A stretch of DNA of 64,000 nucleotides from Haliotis cracherodii (GCF_022045235.1 NW_027266297.1:50902001-50966000), one strand, 5' to 3'; counted from the first letter of the stretch, positions 10,590 to 24,570 are shown. Program-made: numbers and translations. Notes: generated from the sequence alone by a model not told the origin.

Positions 10590-13500
10590 TTGAAAGTTTT
10601 ATCTCTAAATGTTTGTGGATTTCGTAGTAAGTTAAAATATCCAGAGTTTCATAAACTTCTCAATTCCTGTGATATTATTGGTCTACAAGAAACCAAAACA
10701 GATGAGTTGGATGTTAGTATAGACATCAAAGATTATACTGTTATTCTCAAAAATAGAAACACGACAGGTCGAAGGTCAGGAGGTCTAAGAATTCTCATTA
10801 AAAATGAAATAGCACCTTACTGTTGTCCCATCTGACAGTGATATATCCTTGTGGATACGTATCAATAAGGTAATGCTAAGTACAGATGTGATCTTTGTAT
10901 TGGATTTGTTTATATCCCACCTGTTAACTCTAGGTATGCAAGCGCCGTCATTTTCAGGATTTGTCAAGTGATATTCTTAATATACAAGATATTACAAGAT
11001 ATTTCTATCTTTTAGGAGATTTTAATGCCCATACAAGTATTCTTGAAGATACATGTGTCATCAACACCACTGTTAGCCATTCCATTGGTGTAGAGGACTC
11101 TGAGATGGAGAACTTTAAAAATGATGATATTTTTTAATTAAATTACGTGTCGCCACTAAGAGTCTCTCAAGACAGGTCTGAACCAAACAGACATGGTCGT
11201 CAACTCATTGAAATGAGTAAAACTTTACCTCTTCTTATATTAAACGGAAGATTGGGAAAAGATAAAAACATCGGTGCTGTCACCTGTAAAGACTGTAGTG
11301 TTATTGATTATGTTGTGTCATCGTATGAAGCTGTCCCTTTAACCAAAGACTTTCAGATCTTGGACTTTGATTGTTTATATAGTGATGCTCATTGTCCCCT
11401 CCAACTGACTTTACTACCTGAGGTACAGGCAGCTGACACTTGGCAAGAGCTACCTGACACCTTCTAACGAGGGGAAGCCACGACGATTCGATATGGACAA
11501 ACGACAACAGTTCGTGACAGGTGTTGACCTCGCACGCATCAACTGCATGACAGAAAAAGCAAGTGCTGCACGTGAGGGTCGAGGTGACCCAGTTGCTGTT
11601 ATCGATAATGTTGTATCAGAGTTAAACACATTGTTTGTGAATACAACTGGTGATGTGTTCGGTACTATGAAAAAACAGCCCATAAGTTCAAGCTTGAAAA
11701 TAACTTTCATAAATGGTATGACCAAGATTGTCGTAATATGAAAAGAATATACAGGAAAAAAAGAAGAAAATTAAAAGTTTCAAAAAACCCTCTAGATACA
11801 ACAAGTTAATAAAGACTACAAAAGAATCTTAAAGAAAAAGTATTTAAACCATGTGCATTTTATGAAAGGCAAGTTTTCTTATATGGCCCGTCACTATGTG
11901 AAAGGTTTTTGGAAATATTTTAAAGATAAACCTGGCCCTAGCTCCAAGAATGTCTCATTTGATGAACTTTATAACTACTTTAAAGACATTAATAGTGCTA
12001 CAGATGAAAGTGACTGTTTTGTAACACAGCCAAACGACATTGATAATGATCTCAACAAAAGCTTTGACACTAAAGAAATATAAGAAGCAATTAATAAACT
12101 TAAAAATTAAGAAAGCATCAGGTATAGACATGATTGAAAATGAATATATTATTTCAGCCAAATCTATTCTTTTAAAATTGTATTGCAAACTGTTAAATCT
12201 AATTTTACAGACAGGACATTTGCCTGAACCGTGGTTAATGGGAATGATCAAACCAATTTATAAGAAAATGGGGGATGTTTCCAAACCAGAAAACTATAGA
12301 CCAATAACCATTTTATCCTGCCTAGGGAAATTGTTTACAAGTGTTATCAATCTGCATTTAACACGTTATGTTGAAAGTAATGAAATACTATCTAAAGCTC
12401 GAGCGGATTCCGTAAAGGATACTCTACTGTTGATAATGTCTACATTTTGAATAGTATCATTGAACTATTGAAATATTCAGGTAAAAAATTATTTTGTGTT
12501 TTTGTCGATTTTCAAAAAGCCTTTGATAATGTGTGGAGGAATGGACTGTGGCTTAAACTTGTAAGCTATGGTATTTCAGGAAAATTATTTACTCTTATAA
12601 GGAATATGTACAATGATATTAAGTCATGTATTTGTCTAAACGGTCAAATATCAGGTTTTTTCAACTGTGGTGTCCGTCAAGGAGAAAATCTGTCGCCTTT
12701 GTTATTGGCTATTTTTTTGAACGACATAGAAACCTATTTGCAATCTAATAATTGTGATGGTATCAACATTGGTACACTTAAACTTTTCCTTCTTTTATAT
12801 GCTGATGATACGGTGCTCTTTGCTGAATCCCCTGAAGGTCTACAGCACTGTTTCGATAATTTCGAGAAATACTGCACTGAATGGAGTATGCGAAAAACAA
12901 AGGTTATTATCTTTGGCACTTCTGCAATTATTCTGCGTGAGAAAAGGTATGTTTTTAAAATTCATAATGTTGAACTAGATAATTGTGATTGTTACACTTA
13001 TCTAGGTATAAAGTTTTACGTATACATGAACCAAAAATTTAACCAAGCCATAATATCTCTTAAGGAACAAGGACTTAAAGCTATGTATTATTTGTTATCC
13101 AAAGCTAGAAACTTAAATCTACCATTAGATTGTTTATTCATTGCGTTCGACCACGTGGTTGTTCCAATTCTTCTATACTGTTGTGAAGTCTGGGGCTTTA
13201 CAGGCTCTTCTATAATTGAAAATGTCCACAAGTTGTTTTTAAAATTATGTTTAAGATTACGTCAGAGCACACCCACTTATATGCTATATGGCGAGACAGG
13301 TCGCCTACCACTCGATATTATTGTTAAAAAACGAGTATTGGCCTTTTGGTGCAACCTGATATTGTCACAAAATTTAAGTAAGCTCTCTGTTGTCATGTAT
13401 AAGACTTTATATCAAAAACACTGTAATGACATTTTTCATTTACCTTGGTTGTTATACGTCAAAAACATTCTGGATAGCTGTGGTTTAAGTTATGTTTGGC

Positions 13501-13927
13501 ACATTCAGACAGTAAATAGTAAAGAGTTATTATTAAATCTAGTGGAACACAGATTAAAGGACCATTTTCTTCAAAATTGGCACAGTGCCCAAACAGCATC
13601 ATCAAAAGGTTTATTTTATAGTTGTATAAATCCCAACTTTAGTCTAGAACAATATTTATCTTATAGCGTAAATATCTCCATTCCCTTGCTAAAATTTCGA
13701 ACAACTAATCATTTTCTACCTGTAGAAACAGGGAGGTGAAAAAAATATACCATTTGGAAGACGACTATGTCATTTATGCATTTCCTCTGTGGGAGATGAA
13801 TACCACTACCTGCTCAAATGTTAATAATGAACGAGAACAATATCTCCAAGAATATTACTGTACTTATCCAAACTATCATAAGCTTCAACAGTTAATGACC
13901 TGCCCAAAGATTAAGAAAATTGAGTAA
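10590..13927 (+). pseudogene. LINE ORF2 (APE endonuclease-RT-zinc knuckle), multiple frameshifts
   Basis: EN motifs 'SLNVCG', 'GLQETK', 'GDFNA', 'SVIDYV', 'SDAH'. RT motifs 'NYRPITILSCLGKLF', 'FVDFQKAFD', 'GVRQGENLSPLL', 'LLYADD', 'YTYLG'. C-terminal 'FRTTNHFLPVETGR...RLCHLC...GDEYHYLLKC'. Confidence 0.9.
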
Positions 13928-15020
13928 ATTTATCCTTTGTACATTTAATGCTGTAAACATATCAACAGCCTCTGTACTATATTTGCTACATATTGTAACT
14001 GTACACCATGTACCGCTGTGAGCGGTCTTAGTGGAATAAAAGATGATGATGAATGATGATGTAAATAAAATTGTATTAGTCTCCTGTGACTCCGGCTATT
14101 TGCTGACTAATTCCCCCAAGAAAACAAGCACGCCATTTGGAAGGTTTTGTTCATCCGAACAGAACCATAATAATTCCATAATATATGTTTGCTTTATACA
14201 AGCTGCACTTTACAAATAGCACTATGTGCCAGGTCATAACATTAGGGCAATATCACTATCAGCACTGAACAGAATGCTCTTCTAGACCTCCAACACCACA
14301 GATGTTTTCAGTTTTCACAACATAGATATTCTCCTAAAGAAAGGGAATCAAAATACTGGCCAGTGTAGACTGTGTACATATTCATTGTGCTGATTCTCTG
14401 TAGCCCAAAATAAATATTTCATATATATTGCAATAATATTTCTATGAATTTTAACGAACTTTGCACATGTTTATCTTCTCTCCAAATAATTCTTATTCCA
14501 CCAATTATTCAGCTTGCATGCCCTTCTGCCATTGGTCCAGGATGTGATTCATCAATTAAGGGATACCTGAGGCATGACCTCTGTCTGGGAAGGTAGATTA
14601 TGGTACCAAATGTTATTGTCAATGGAGAATTCATCAATGCATTCTTTATGAAGGCTATGTGAATGACATTAAAATACTGCTTACAACTTGTCAAAACACA
14701 TGAAAATTGTGTCTCCATAAAATGCAATTGTACTTTGATAACTGTCGCTACAAAAAGTATGAAAGAAGTATAAGCTATATCATAGAACACTTTGGTTTTG
14801 GATGGATTTTTAAAACAGTTGGAGATATTAATTCATTTAAGACAGATGCTGCCTTACATACCTCACATAATAGTACATCATATAGACTTCTCCCAGAATA
14901 TAAAGCCTGTGAAACGGGAAATCTTGTAACATTTTCATTAGGTGAAGCTTTGTTTTGTTATAAATGAAGTTCGATGGTTGAGTACAGGTGTATCACAATG
15001 TTTATGCACAGAGTAAATTA

Positions 15021-15383
15021 AAACAAGACTTTGACACTAACGTGGCCATATCCCCCGCCCCTTTTGCAGAATTAATGACATGATTAAATCTAAACAAACC
15101 CTAACCTTTTTTAACCGAGGTGGAACTTGTCATGGAAATTGTAAAAAAAAAAGAAGAGTTTGGAACCTAAGTCCATCTTGTTGCCATGGAAACGTAAAAA
15201 CAAAAATTTCTAAAATTTCTGAATAGCAAAAGGCACCAGTTCAGCATGTACCTGACAGACCTGCAAAGTTTCATGAAAAAATATTGAACGGTTTATGAGT
15301 TATGCTCAGGAAACGAGACGTGATGGACGGATGGACGGAGCCCGTTTCTATATCCCCCGCCAACTTTGTTGGGCGGGGGATAA
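15021..15383 (+). mobile_element. Non-autonomous Helentron-type (HINE/pearl-like) element
   Basis: Starts AAACAAG. Repeated ATATCCCCCGCC (15048 and 15350), a short GACG/GATG microsatellite, and a 3' palindrome TCCCCCGCC-aactttgttg-GGCGGGGGA. Confidence 0.65.
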
Positions 15384-15459
15384 TAATAAGAAGACCATTA
15401 CAGCACCTGATCCACATACTTTACACATCTCTTGGTTAAGTTAATATTTGTTTCCATTA

Positions 15460-16258
15460 CCGTATTTTCTTGAGTATAGTGCGCACCCATGTATAATGCG
15501 CACCCCCCTCTAGCGCGTTCAATATTTTGGAAAAAAAGAAATTTGAATATTATGCGCAGAAAAAATTTACACCGTACCCTTTCAGCGAAGTCCGGCAAAC
15601 GAACGGGTGCTGAGAAACTTCGTCAGTACAAATTCGAAATTTGAGATAAAAAATCACCAGACATGTTTATTTACCGTTTAAAAAGTATTTATTGTTCTGC
15701 TAGGCATTGTTTTATATCTAGGGATTAAGATTACCTTGTGTATTTTCTCGTAAACTAAGCCGGAAACAGCAATCAGCTGTACACACGTTTTCTTGGAATC
15801 GACCGGTGATTCGGTCAAGACACACCCAATGATATAACTTCATAGGATTTTTAATGCAAAGATCGGCAACAATTGTATCTGAAACTATTTTATTTATCAG
15901 GAATAATATATTCCATTATTTTCTTATTTATATGCAGCCTTTACTAAACATATTTAAAATAATAATAACCCTAAGCGAAGCAGCTGATCGCTATTCCCGG
16001 GTATTATTTTTACATGGAACATGTCTGACCAGTCACCGTCAAGGCTCACGCGCACGTGAGCACGTGAGCGGTCAAAGTATGTCATTTATGATATATGTAT
16101 CCATTCTCTGTCAACTAAAGTTCGTTTCAAGGCGTCAATAGCGGTATTCTGACCGTGGTTGCTGTAAATAACGGTGAGTTGTGCGATCTTCCGATCGCTT
16201 CACACACGATTTCGCCGAAATTAATAAAAACAATATTATAAGGAATTTTGAATAAAAT
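15460..16258. mobile_element. Truncated copy of the Tc1/mariner-class MITE at 21473
   Basis: Left TIR TA|CCGTATTTTCTTGAGTATA. About 800 bp appear identical to 21473-22271. The right end is missing. Confidence 0.85.
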
Positions 16259-16266
16259 ATATTAAT

Positions 16267-16470
16267 TGGTTGGTTGGCACTCAGCAATATTCCAGCTATA
16301 TGTCGGCAGTCTGTAAATAAGAGTCTGGACCAGACAATCCAGTGATTGATATCATGAGCATCAATCTGTGCAATTGGGATCGATGACATGCATCAACCAA
16401 GTCAGCAAGTTAACCCGATCCCGTTAATAGCCTCTTACGACAAGCATAGTCGTCTTTTACTGCAAGCCAT
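16267..16470 (-). mobile_element. SINE-like retroposon, family A
   Basis: Shared body 'CTCAGCAATATTCCAGCTATATG...GAGTCTGGACCAGACAATCCAGTGAT'. 9-bp TSD TATATTAAT at 16258-16266 and 16471-16479. Confidence 0.8.
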
Positions 16471-17684
16471 TATATTAATATTTACCTTAATGCATCTACA
16501 TGAATCAATAGAAACAAAACACTTCAACGGCATTCTTAAACTTCTGATTTACCCTGATTGGCTATACTACATTAGTTAGAGAAGTATCCTCCCATCAGTC
16601 ATACAGGCCATTTGTCATACAGCTTATAACAACATAGGATATGCATGACTGGACCACTAATCACCTGCCTTCTACCTATCAATATGGACTGTTCCACACA
16701 GATCATTAACTGTGTTTATGTTTTAGCTTGAATTATAAGGAACACCAAGATTATAATTATGAATGATCTTGTGCTAATTCATTTGCAGATTGTAAGAAAA
16801 CAAATTGTAAAGCAGAAAATTAATAAATTAGTATGGTTTATTCAACATAATATTATAAATATGAACCCTGTTTAACAAGAAACATCTCTAGTCTTCTTTC
16901 ATAGGGTTACATGAATTACATTTATTAACTTCAAAGGGCAAAGTATTTATTAAAACAACATATTAATCATTTGTTAGTAAAAGAACTTACAGTGACTTTG
17001 ATCATTTTAATACGCTCTTCTCACAAGATAACCAGCTCACAACAACTCACCCTTTATGAATTTAACATTGTTGTAACAAAGACCTTAACTCAGAGTGTTG
17101 GGTCATACCATTACAGCTTAAGGGGAGTGCTTTATTTACCCCCCTACTCAACTGTATGACAATTGGCAATAACAAGGTGTATAACAAATGGCCTGTCTGA
17201 CTGATGGAAGGGAACCGTTAGAGACCCAGTTGTCAGACAGTGAGGAAGGGGACAAATTAGGACAATAACTACAGCTGTAATGGACCAGTCCCACAAAGGT
17301 AGAAGGGTAAAGTACCCGGAACCTAAGGTTACATAATTCTGATCACAGTTTATGTGGAGATATGTGAACTTGTAACTGAAAGTCTGCTAACTGTGCATGC
17401 AGAACCTATGTACAGAATCGTTCATGTCCATAACATAAAAATAAATAATTTTAATCTTGAACTTATCTCTGTTGGATTATAATCCTGAGGTCAGAGTTCA
17501 GTTACTGTTCATTCAACCATACACTGTGTTGTTTTAACTAAAGGGGTCTATCTATTGGGAGGTTACCTTCTCATTCAGTTAGTGATGAATAAGTTATCCA
17601 TTTAAGGCATTTCCATATTTGTAATAGTATTGTTTTTACATATTTCAGTTTCTAAAAATTCTAATTGATAATGAACTACTGAGT

Positions 17685-17950
17685 GAGTCAGTTGGGTTTA
17701 ACACCGCTTTTAACAGTATTCCAGTTATATCATGGCGTGTCAGCTTAATGTGGGAGGAAAGTGATGCAGGTCTCATATGTTTACCACTTCGGTGAAACCT
17801 ACGAGCACGGGTATGGTGCTGACAAACCTAGAAACATAATCGGGCGAACCAGGATTCGAACCCACAATCATAGATTTCTGGTGTGTCCAAGGGATACAAC
17901 TCTGCACAGCGAATAGCAGCGTCTTAGACGACTGGGCCATCCATGCCCCC
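17685..17950 (-). mobile_element. tRNA-derived SINE, full length
   Basis: Minus-strand head with A box (TGGCCCAGTCGTC) and B box (GGTTCGAATCC), and an ACTC-type tail. 16-bp TSD TAATGAACTACTGAGT at 17669-17684 and 17951-17966. Confidence 0.85.
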
Positions 17951-17990
17951 TAATGAACTACTGAGTCAGTCAAGCACCTGTATTATGAGA

Positions 17991-18085
17991 GTGAGCGAGT
18001 GAGTATGGTTTTGTGCCTCTTTAAGCATTATTACAGCAATATCAGGGCGGGGGACACCAGAAATAGGCTTCACACATTGTACCCA
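17991..18085 (-). mobile_element. 5'-truncated SINE, same family as 57579-57740
   Basis: Shares 'CAGCAATATC...GCTTCACACATTGTACCCATG'. Flanked by the direct repeat TGTATTATGAGA. Confidence 0.7.
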
Positions 18086-19189
18086 TGTATTATGAGAAAA
18101 CAGTCAAGTCAAGCAGCCTTGTAACATGAATTTCTTTGTCGCACTAACACTTGTACTAACACGTGTCACAGTCAATAACACAATGGCTACTTTTCGGTTT
18201 TCAGTATGGGCAATGTGCAAAAGCCAAGTTAAGTCAAAATTTAAAATAAATACACCTGTAAAAATCTCACAGCATTTTGAATAATATTGACCGAAAAACA
18301 GTTATAAATAGGTGTGTCAATGTGTTGAAAATTGGATATGTTTATCTTGAACAAATTTTGGTGTCATCATTGGTAGCAACAAAAATATAAGTTTTGAGCA
18401 ATGAAATCCACTGGTTGCTGTGGAGGCAGTGTTTACACCCGCATATGACAAGCAGGCCATGACATAAGATCATTTGACTTTCAGTTAGGTGAGTTAAAAA
18501 TGTCAGAGTAATGGCTATATATGAGTTTTTCATAATAGAAGGCTGGATGTGAACCTTGTGTAACAAATACAAGTCTTGTGGTAGGAATAAGCTTGCCAGG
18601 TTTCAGCTTCATTGTTCCCGTGGTTTCTTGAGATAAGATATTCACAGATGACAATGTGTGTGACACTTTCAAGAGAAGTAAACAATAACATAAATACATT
18701 TGACTTTCAGATGAACTAAACAGTAGAGTTGTAAAAGCATTAGAAACAATTCAAACAAAACAATGATCTAAAAGTCAGTCATTCTCATAAATATTCAATC
18801 AACTTGATAGATAATAAAAGCATCGTCCATTTCTCCAAGCTGAATGCCAAAATTTAATTTTGCAATTGAAAAGGCATAAAGTCTAGATTTGTGGTTTTCA
18901 AATCCCATTTTGCAGTGTTTCCAACCACTGCAGTCAGATTACAGCAGACACTTCCATTCATTTTGTAACGGATAATATTTTTATTGATTGTGCTAAGGAC
19001 AGATTTTTACCACCATTTTGAAGATCATTTTGAAGATCATTTTAAGTCTCTATCTGAAACTTATAATGCTATGTGGAGAATTTGCGTAAAAGGAACAAGC
19101 ACTAAATGTCTGATTGAGCTCACTTCAGACAGATTTGGCTGTTTGAAAGCTTGCATTCTATTGGAGAATGCTCTGTAGCCACTTCCTAC

Positions 19190-19234
19190 CTGCATTAAGC
19201 CGTACTTTATTTCAGCCTCAATGAAGTCATGATC
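19190..19234 (-). CDS. SCYL2: SCY1-like protein 2-like pseudokinase, coding exon 4 (45 nt)
   Basis: ttttatttcatttcag|DHDFIEAEIKYGLMQ|gtagga, phase 0/0. Matches the SCYL2 'DVETKYGLLQ' segment. Confidence 0.85.
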
Positions 19235-21289
19235 CTGAAATGAAATAAAACCATTTTGAAAATTCCTGTTTGAATCTAGTATATCTGAGCCAACAAAGTG
19301 ATCTTAATGCCATGACTCCCAACAGTAATAGTGCGCTTCATGACTGCACTGTGGAACTAAATCTTGGTCTTCATGAAGACTAGTCACACACTCCTCTAAT
19401 AAACATGGAACAGGCCTAAAATCTACATCCAAACAAACAACACTTCTGATTATTTAAAACATGGAGCATGTTGCAAACACACGATAGTACATATCATGGT
19501 CTTCAAATTACTCATATTGTTCAGCTTTCAACAGGGAAGTAATTAAGCAGCCTTAAAAGCCAAAGCCTGAAAATGTTGGATTTATGTTCAGATTGTTACC
19601 CTTCCATCACATACCAAACAGCTTAAAATACCAGCTAAAGTAATCAGCCACAAGTGGCCACAGTAATCATCAGTATCAATACAGTAAACTACAGTTATAT
19701 CAAACTCAAAGGGACCACTAATTTTAGTTCATTCTAACCGTTGTTTATAAAATGCATATACAGAGCAGAACTACAGCAAATAGTCACGACTAAAAAAAGT
19801 GAGTTTGTTATATCCGTCAGTTTGTTATATAACCAAATGTGTGTACTGTTTTTTCAGTTTTGGGGGGATAACTTTCCTGTAAGCTAACATCACAAATAAC
19901 TGAAAGTCTGTTTTTATACAGCAGGAATACCATATGGTTAAAATCTTTGTTTATGGCATATAATATGGTGTAAAAAAGTGTCTCACTTACAAGATATGAC
20001 ACTTCTATAAAGAAGCGATAACTGACTTAATTAGGCTAAGGCCATTTTTCATATTTGTTGGAGCACTGATCAGCCAACCCTCCAAAACTGAAATAAACAC
20101 ACGAAAACGTTAACACTTTCTTTTAGACTGAAACATCACACACAACGGTTGGGATTAATTTGTGTAAAAAAAATCAATAGAAACAAAATAGGCAATTACA
20201 GATGAATATTTCGCCAAATTGATCAGCCCAAGCTGCCTGAAAACATCCTAAATCTGTCCTTTGTCAACCTGTCTGGGTTAAACAGGCATTACAGGCATCA
20301 GGAGCAGAGTTGGAGGGTAAACTACAGACCATTTGTGATGTTTATAGAGAATAGCTATGTTTAAACACACCCTGATGAGAATATCATCTGGCAAGGTTAA
20401 TTATGCAATAGCAGCATCATACTACCACAACCTATGGAGCAATTGAGATGTTTACATATTCATAGTTTTGATGATTTTCATCCCCTACATGGTTCACAAA
20501 TGCCTGGGGCTTGTGAGTACATTGAGGACAATTGACAACATTACCATGGTGTCCCAGTTTGACCACTGTACCAACAACCAAGAACATACCAAGTATGTGT
20601 GACACTAAATGATTATTATAGATTGTATTTTCTAATGAGACCACATAAATCACACAGATCTTACAGATCCTAATTAATCACTTTCAATGATTTCAACATG
20701 TATCCTCCTTTTCGTCCATAGGGACTCAAAGAAGATATCATATCATATCTGTTCAGTTTACAATCTACACTATTATTTCTTTCTGAAAGTTAGGCTTATG
20801 TTACATAACACATGAGTGAATTATCTTTAATCTTCATTCCAAATCAAATATTCATTTCACTATATTTTTGTTGTTAAAAATAGTATGCCACCCAATTATG
20901 TTTTAGAAGGCGCTGCAATTTGTAAAACATTCTGAGTTTAATCAGCTTGTTCTGCCATGTATATGAAAATGCATGCCGAAGTGCTCAAAGTATTACGTCA
21001 TTCCTCATGCACTCAATGTGTGACGTCAAACAGCAAATTTCGACACACCGACGATAATGGTATCCTCCAATTAGTTACACGTCCCATTTGTCATACACCT
21101 TAAAACAACATAGGTCATGGCTGAATGCACTGACTGGTCTACCCTATGTTACCTAACTATTAAAATGGACTGATCCAAAACAAGTGGAAAAGTAATCTTG
21201 TACTTCATAAACTTTAAGTACTCATATAAGATAATGTAGAAAAGTAAACTTGTACTTTACAAACTCTAAGTACTTTATGTAAGATAAGA

Positions 21290-23370
21290 GAATCAATCTG
21301 GGACATCTTTGTGCGGTCCGCCCTCTCAATTCTCTGGATAACTTCAACGAAGTGGTATATGTTTGGATGGTCGTGGGGTAGTTCTCGATTGAGTCGGTTG
21401 TGAAATCCCTCAAGATTGTTGTTGGTGCGCGGTCCGGTTGTCTGGCTTTGAATCCAACCCAGTTTATCACTACCGTATTTTCTTGAGTATAGTGCGCACC
21501 CATGTATAATGCGCACCCCCCTCTAGCGCGTTCAATATTTTGGAAAAAAAGAAATTTGAATATTATGCGCAGAAAAAATTTACACCGTACCCTTTCAGCG
21601 AAGTCCGGCAAACGAACGGGTGCTGAGAAACTTCGTCAGTACAAATTCGAAATTTGAGATAAAAAATCACCAGACATGTTTATTTACCGTTTAAAAAGTA
21701 TTTATTGTTCTGCTAGGCATTGTTTTATATCTAGGGATTAAGATTACCTTGTGTATTTTCTCGTAAACTAAGCCGGAAACAGCAATCAGCTGTACACACG
21801 TTTTCTTGGAATCGACCGGTGATTCGGTCAAGACACACCCAATGATATAACTTCATAGGATTTTTAATGCAAAGATCGGCAACAATTGTATCTGAAACTA
21901 TTTTATTTATCAGGAATAATATATTCCATTATTTTCTTATTTATATGCAGCCTTTACTAAACATATTTAAAATAATAATAACCCTAAGCGAAGCAGCTGA
22001 TCGCTATTCCCGGGTATTATTTTTACATGGAACATGTCTGACCAGTCACCGTCAAGGCTCACGCGCACGTGAGCACGTGAGCGGTCAAAGTATGTCATTT
22101 ATGATATATGTATCCATTCTCTGTCAACTAAAGTTCGTTTCAAGGCGTCAATAGCGGTATTCTGACCGTGGTTGCTGTAAATAACGGTGAGTTGTGCGAT
22201 CTTCCGATCGCTTCACACACGATTTCGCCGAAATTAATAAAAACAATATTATAAGGAATTTTGAATAAAATTAATGAAGTAAGTTACAAACATAAGTCCA
22301 GAAATACAAAGAACACTTTTTATAGACAGACAGTGTAATTACATAATTATTTTGCGTACTTCAGTATGGATTTGTTGACATGGTATTTCCGGTGTTTCGT
22401 GCTCACGGTAATGTCTTTCCATGGGAGGAAAAAACATCCAAACTCATAATTCGTGTATAATGCGCACCCCCTTCTACACAGCTGTGTTTTTTGGAAAAAA
22501 AAGTGCGCATTATACTCAAGAAAATACGGTATATAGTCATTGAAGCCCTCATCTATGGCATTGTCTTGCTCTTACCCAAGAGGGAGGTGTGGTAGTGCCG
22601 CAGCTCACCATATCCATTGCTTCACATGGGAATCTTCTTTGTAGGGGACAGCTAAGCCAAGATCCTGTTTCTTCCTCCACACTGCTTGGCTGAAGTGGAA
22701 GTCTGAACTCGGGCTGGAGAAGGTTCTCGCTGGAGACTCTCCTGGACAAGTGTCTTTAGCTGACTGAAGAGTCACTAGTATTTTATCATCTGTCAATCTG
22801 GTAACAGGGTAAATACAAGAGGGTAGTTGACAGTTCCACGTCTGGCATGCACGATATAGACTTGATCCCAGAGTGCAGGACAGGAAGTGAATGTCCTATC
22901 CATGTAGATGGTCTCGCTGACTGAAGTGCCTTAAGTTGACATTGTGTTGAGAACGCCAGGATTTTATTGTCTTCCTTGCAATCCTCGGTCAGATCCACCT
23001 CAGCTCTGGTCTGTAGCAGCACTGGAATGGCCTTCTGATGATGCCTGTAGAGTGACCTGCTCATACTGGTGAAGCAGGGCAGTAGAGATGCCTGATCTTG
23101 TTGAGAAATACCCTGGTTGTACAACTCATTCATGTGGGTTGTCTGCCCTCTGGTCCTCTTCCTCCAGTCGGTCGGCATCCTCACAGGGATGGGTGTGGTC
23201 TGTGGTTCTGTTCAAAGTCTCCGACTGTTGTACAACTTCCTTTGTAGGCTTTATTAATGCATCTCCAGTGTTGACAAGTCCGTTGAATGGTGCTCTTGTT
23301 GTACAGGTAACCTTCAAAAAGAACCTGTTGTGTGCCTCGCTGCAGTGTTACATACTCTACTAACCGTAAA
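21290..23370 (-). pseudogene. FLYWCH-containing MULE (Mutator) transposase pseudogene interrupted by a MITE
   Basis: Minus strand: 'RGTQQVLFEGYLYNK...QHWRC' (FLYWCH-like), 'LPCFTSMSRSLYRH', 'YMDRTFTSCP..WDQVYIVHA', 'FHFSQAVWRK.QDLGL', 'FNDYI|VINWV' (split by the MITE), 'RTNNNLEGFHNRLN...HPNIYHF'. Confidence 0.85.
21473..22529. mobile_element. Complete non-autonomous Tc1/mariner-class element (MITE)
   Basis: TIRs CCGTATTTTCTTGAGTATA / TATACTCAAGAAAATACGG with a TA TSD on both sides. No transposase. Confidence 0.9.
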
Positions 23371-24369
23371 CCTCCTGGAGTCTCTCCTGGACAATAAAAG
23401 TAGTGTGCGATAATTTGTCTCTTTGTTGTTTCAAATATCTTGTTTGTTTGTTTGTTGTTTTATGCCACACTCAGCAATATTCTAGTCACATGATGGCATT
23501 CTGTAAATAATTGACTCTGGTCCAGAAAATCCATGGTTGTCAATGGTCATCTCAAACAAAACTGTGGTAAATCATAGCCATTTCAGACAAAGAGTGAATA
23601 GTAATACTAGTGTATCAATAGCGTTGGTAAGAAGCATTAAAACATGTAAGTTGCAGATGAAAAATATATTATAACTTTTACGTCATATTCGTAATCCTTA
23701 ATAGAGAAATACTTATAATAAAACATACAAAGGCACAAGTTCATAACTTGATTCATGTGCCTTCAGAGATTCATAAAGAAATATTGAACAATTAATAAGT
23801 TATTCCCCAGAAAAGATCCTACACACATCTGAAACTGACGTTGCTGCTCAACCCCTGGTGTTGCTGGCTGAGTAAAGTTGGTCATTCACCAGTTTTAATG
23901 CCATCGCTCATGGTCTTATTACATGTAGTTTGTTTTTCACGCATATTGTTTGTTATTTATGAAAACACAGATGAGCGATAATTTAGTGTGCTGTCCAACA
24001 CGAGATATGTATGTCTCAATAACCGAGACAATTCACAGAGTAAGACTTACCTTCAGTTACGCTAGTTTGCACATTCTTGAATATTCATAATTATTTGAAA
24101 ATAAAGTAAAACTATCGGCAATTGTGGAGGTATTTTGTCAAAATATGATAGCGTTATTGAATTTACTCCGCGTTTGATCGCGATCGGCCAACGTACATGA
24201 TAAAAAACACACACATAGATAAACACTTTAAGTGACATGGTACGGATGGAAAGATTGATCTAACATTGAGCAAATTATTCTGATGTCAATAAATTTGTGA
24301 GACAGACTTTCAAACCCATATAAATCTACGCCTTAAGGCATAGCATCCGGTAGTAAAAAAAACATTGCA

Positions 24370-24435
24370 CTGTCACTTCCCTTCCATCACGTGCGGTATG
24401 ACCCGGAAGAGGTCACGTCGATTTAGACCAATGAA
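24370..24435. promoter_or_regulatory. Possible intronic promoter/enhancer motif cluster
   Basis: CACTTCC, CACGTG, CCGGAAG, GTCACGT and CCAAT within 65 bp. A minus-strand donor (AAG|GTAAGT) lies at about 24050. Confidence 0.25.
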
Positions 24436-24506
24436 AGTAATGCCCTAGGAATAATTTGCATGAAGCTAATTCCAAGAAGTCGATAGAGGACATGTTCGTA
24501 GAGTAT

Positions 24507-24570
24507 TAACCGCCGTTGTATAGCTGGAATATTGCTGAGTGCGGCGTTAAACAACAAACAAACAAACACA
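24507..24570 (+). mobile_element. Extremely 5'-truncated SINE family A insertion
   Basis: Only the tail 'ATAGCTGGAATATTGCTGAGTGCGGCGTTAAACAACAAAC' is present. 11-bp TSD TCGTAGAGTAT at 24496 and 24571. Confidence 0.8.

Larger units (their letters stand above)
9170..14061 (+). mobile_element. Near full-length two-ORF non-LTR retrotransposon (RTEX/L2-like LINE), decayed; 5' end approximate
   Basis: ORF1, APE endonuclease, RT and a C-terminal CCHC motif. AATAAA (14035-14040) is followed by a (GAT)n tail (14042-14061). Confidence 0.88.

Noticed and set aside
15854-16141. 95-aa ORF duplicated at 21867-22154
   Set aside because: It lies inside the duplicated non-coding MITE and has no recognisable motif.
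18342-18699. Minus-strand ORFs as candidates for the next SCYL2-like exon
   Set aside because: They lack the expected 'L.YLH...H.N..P..I...WKL.G' motifs.
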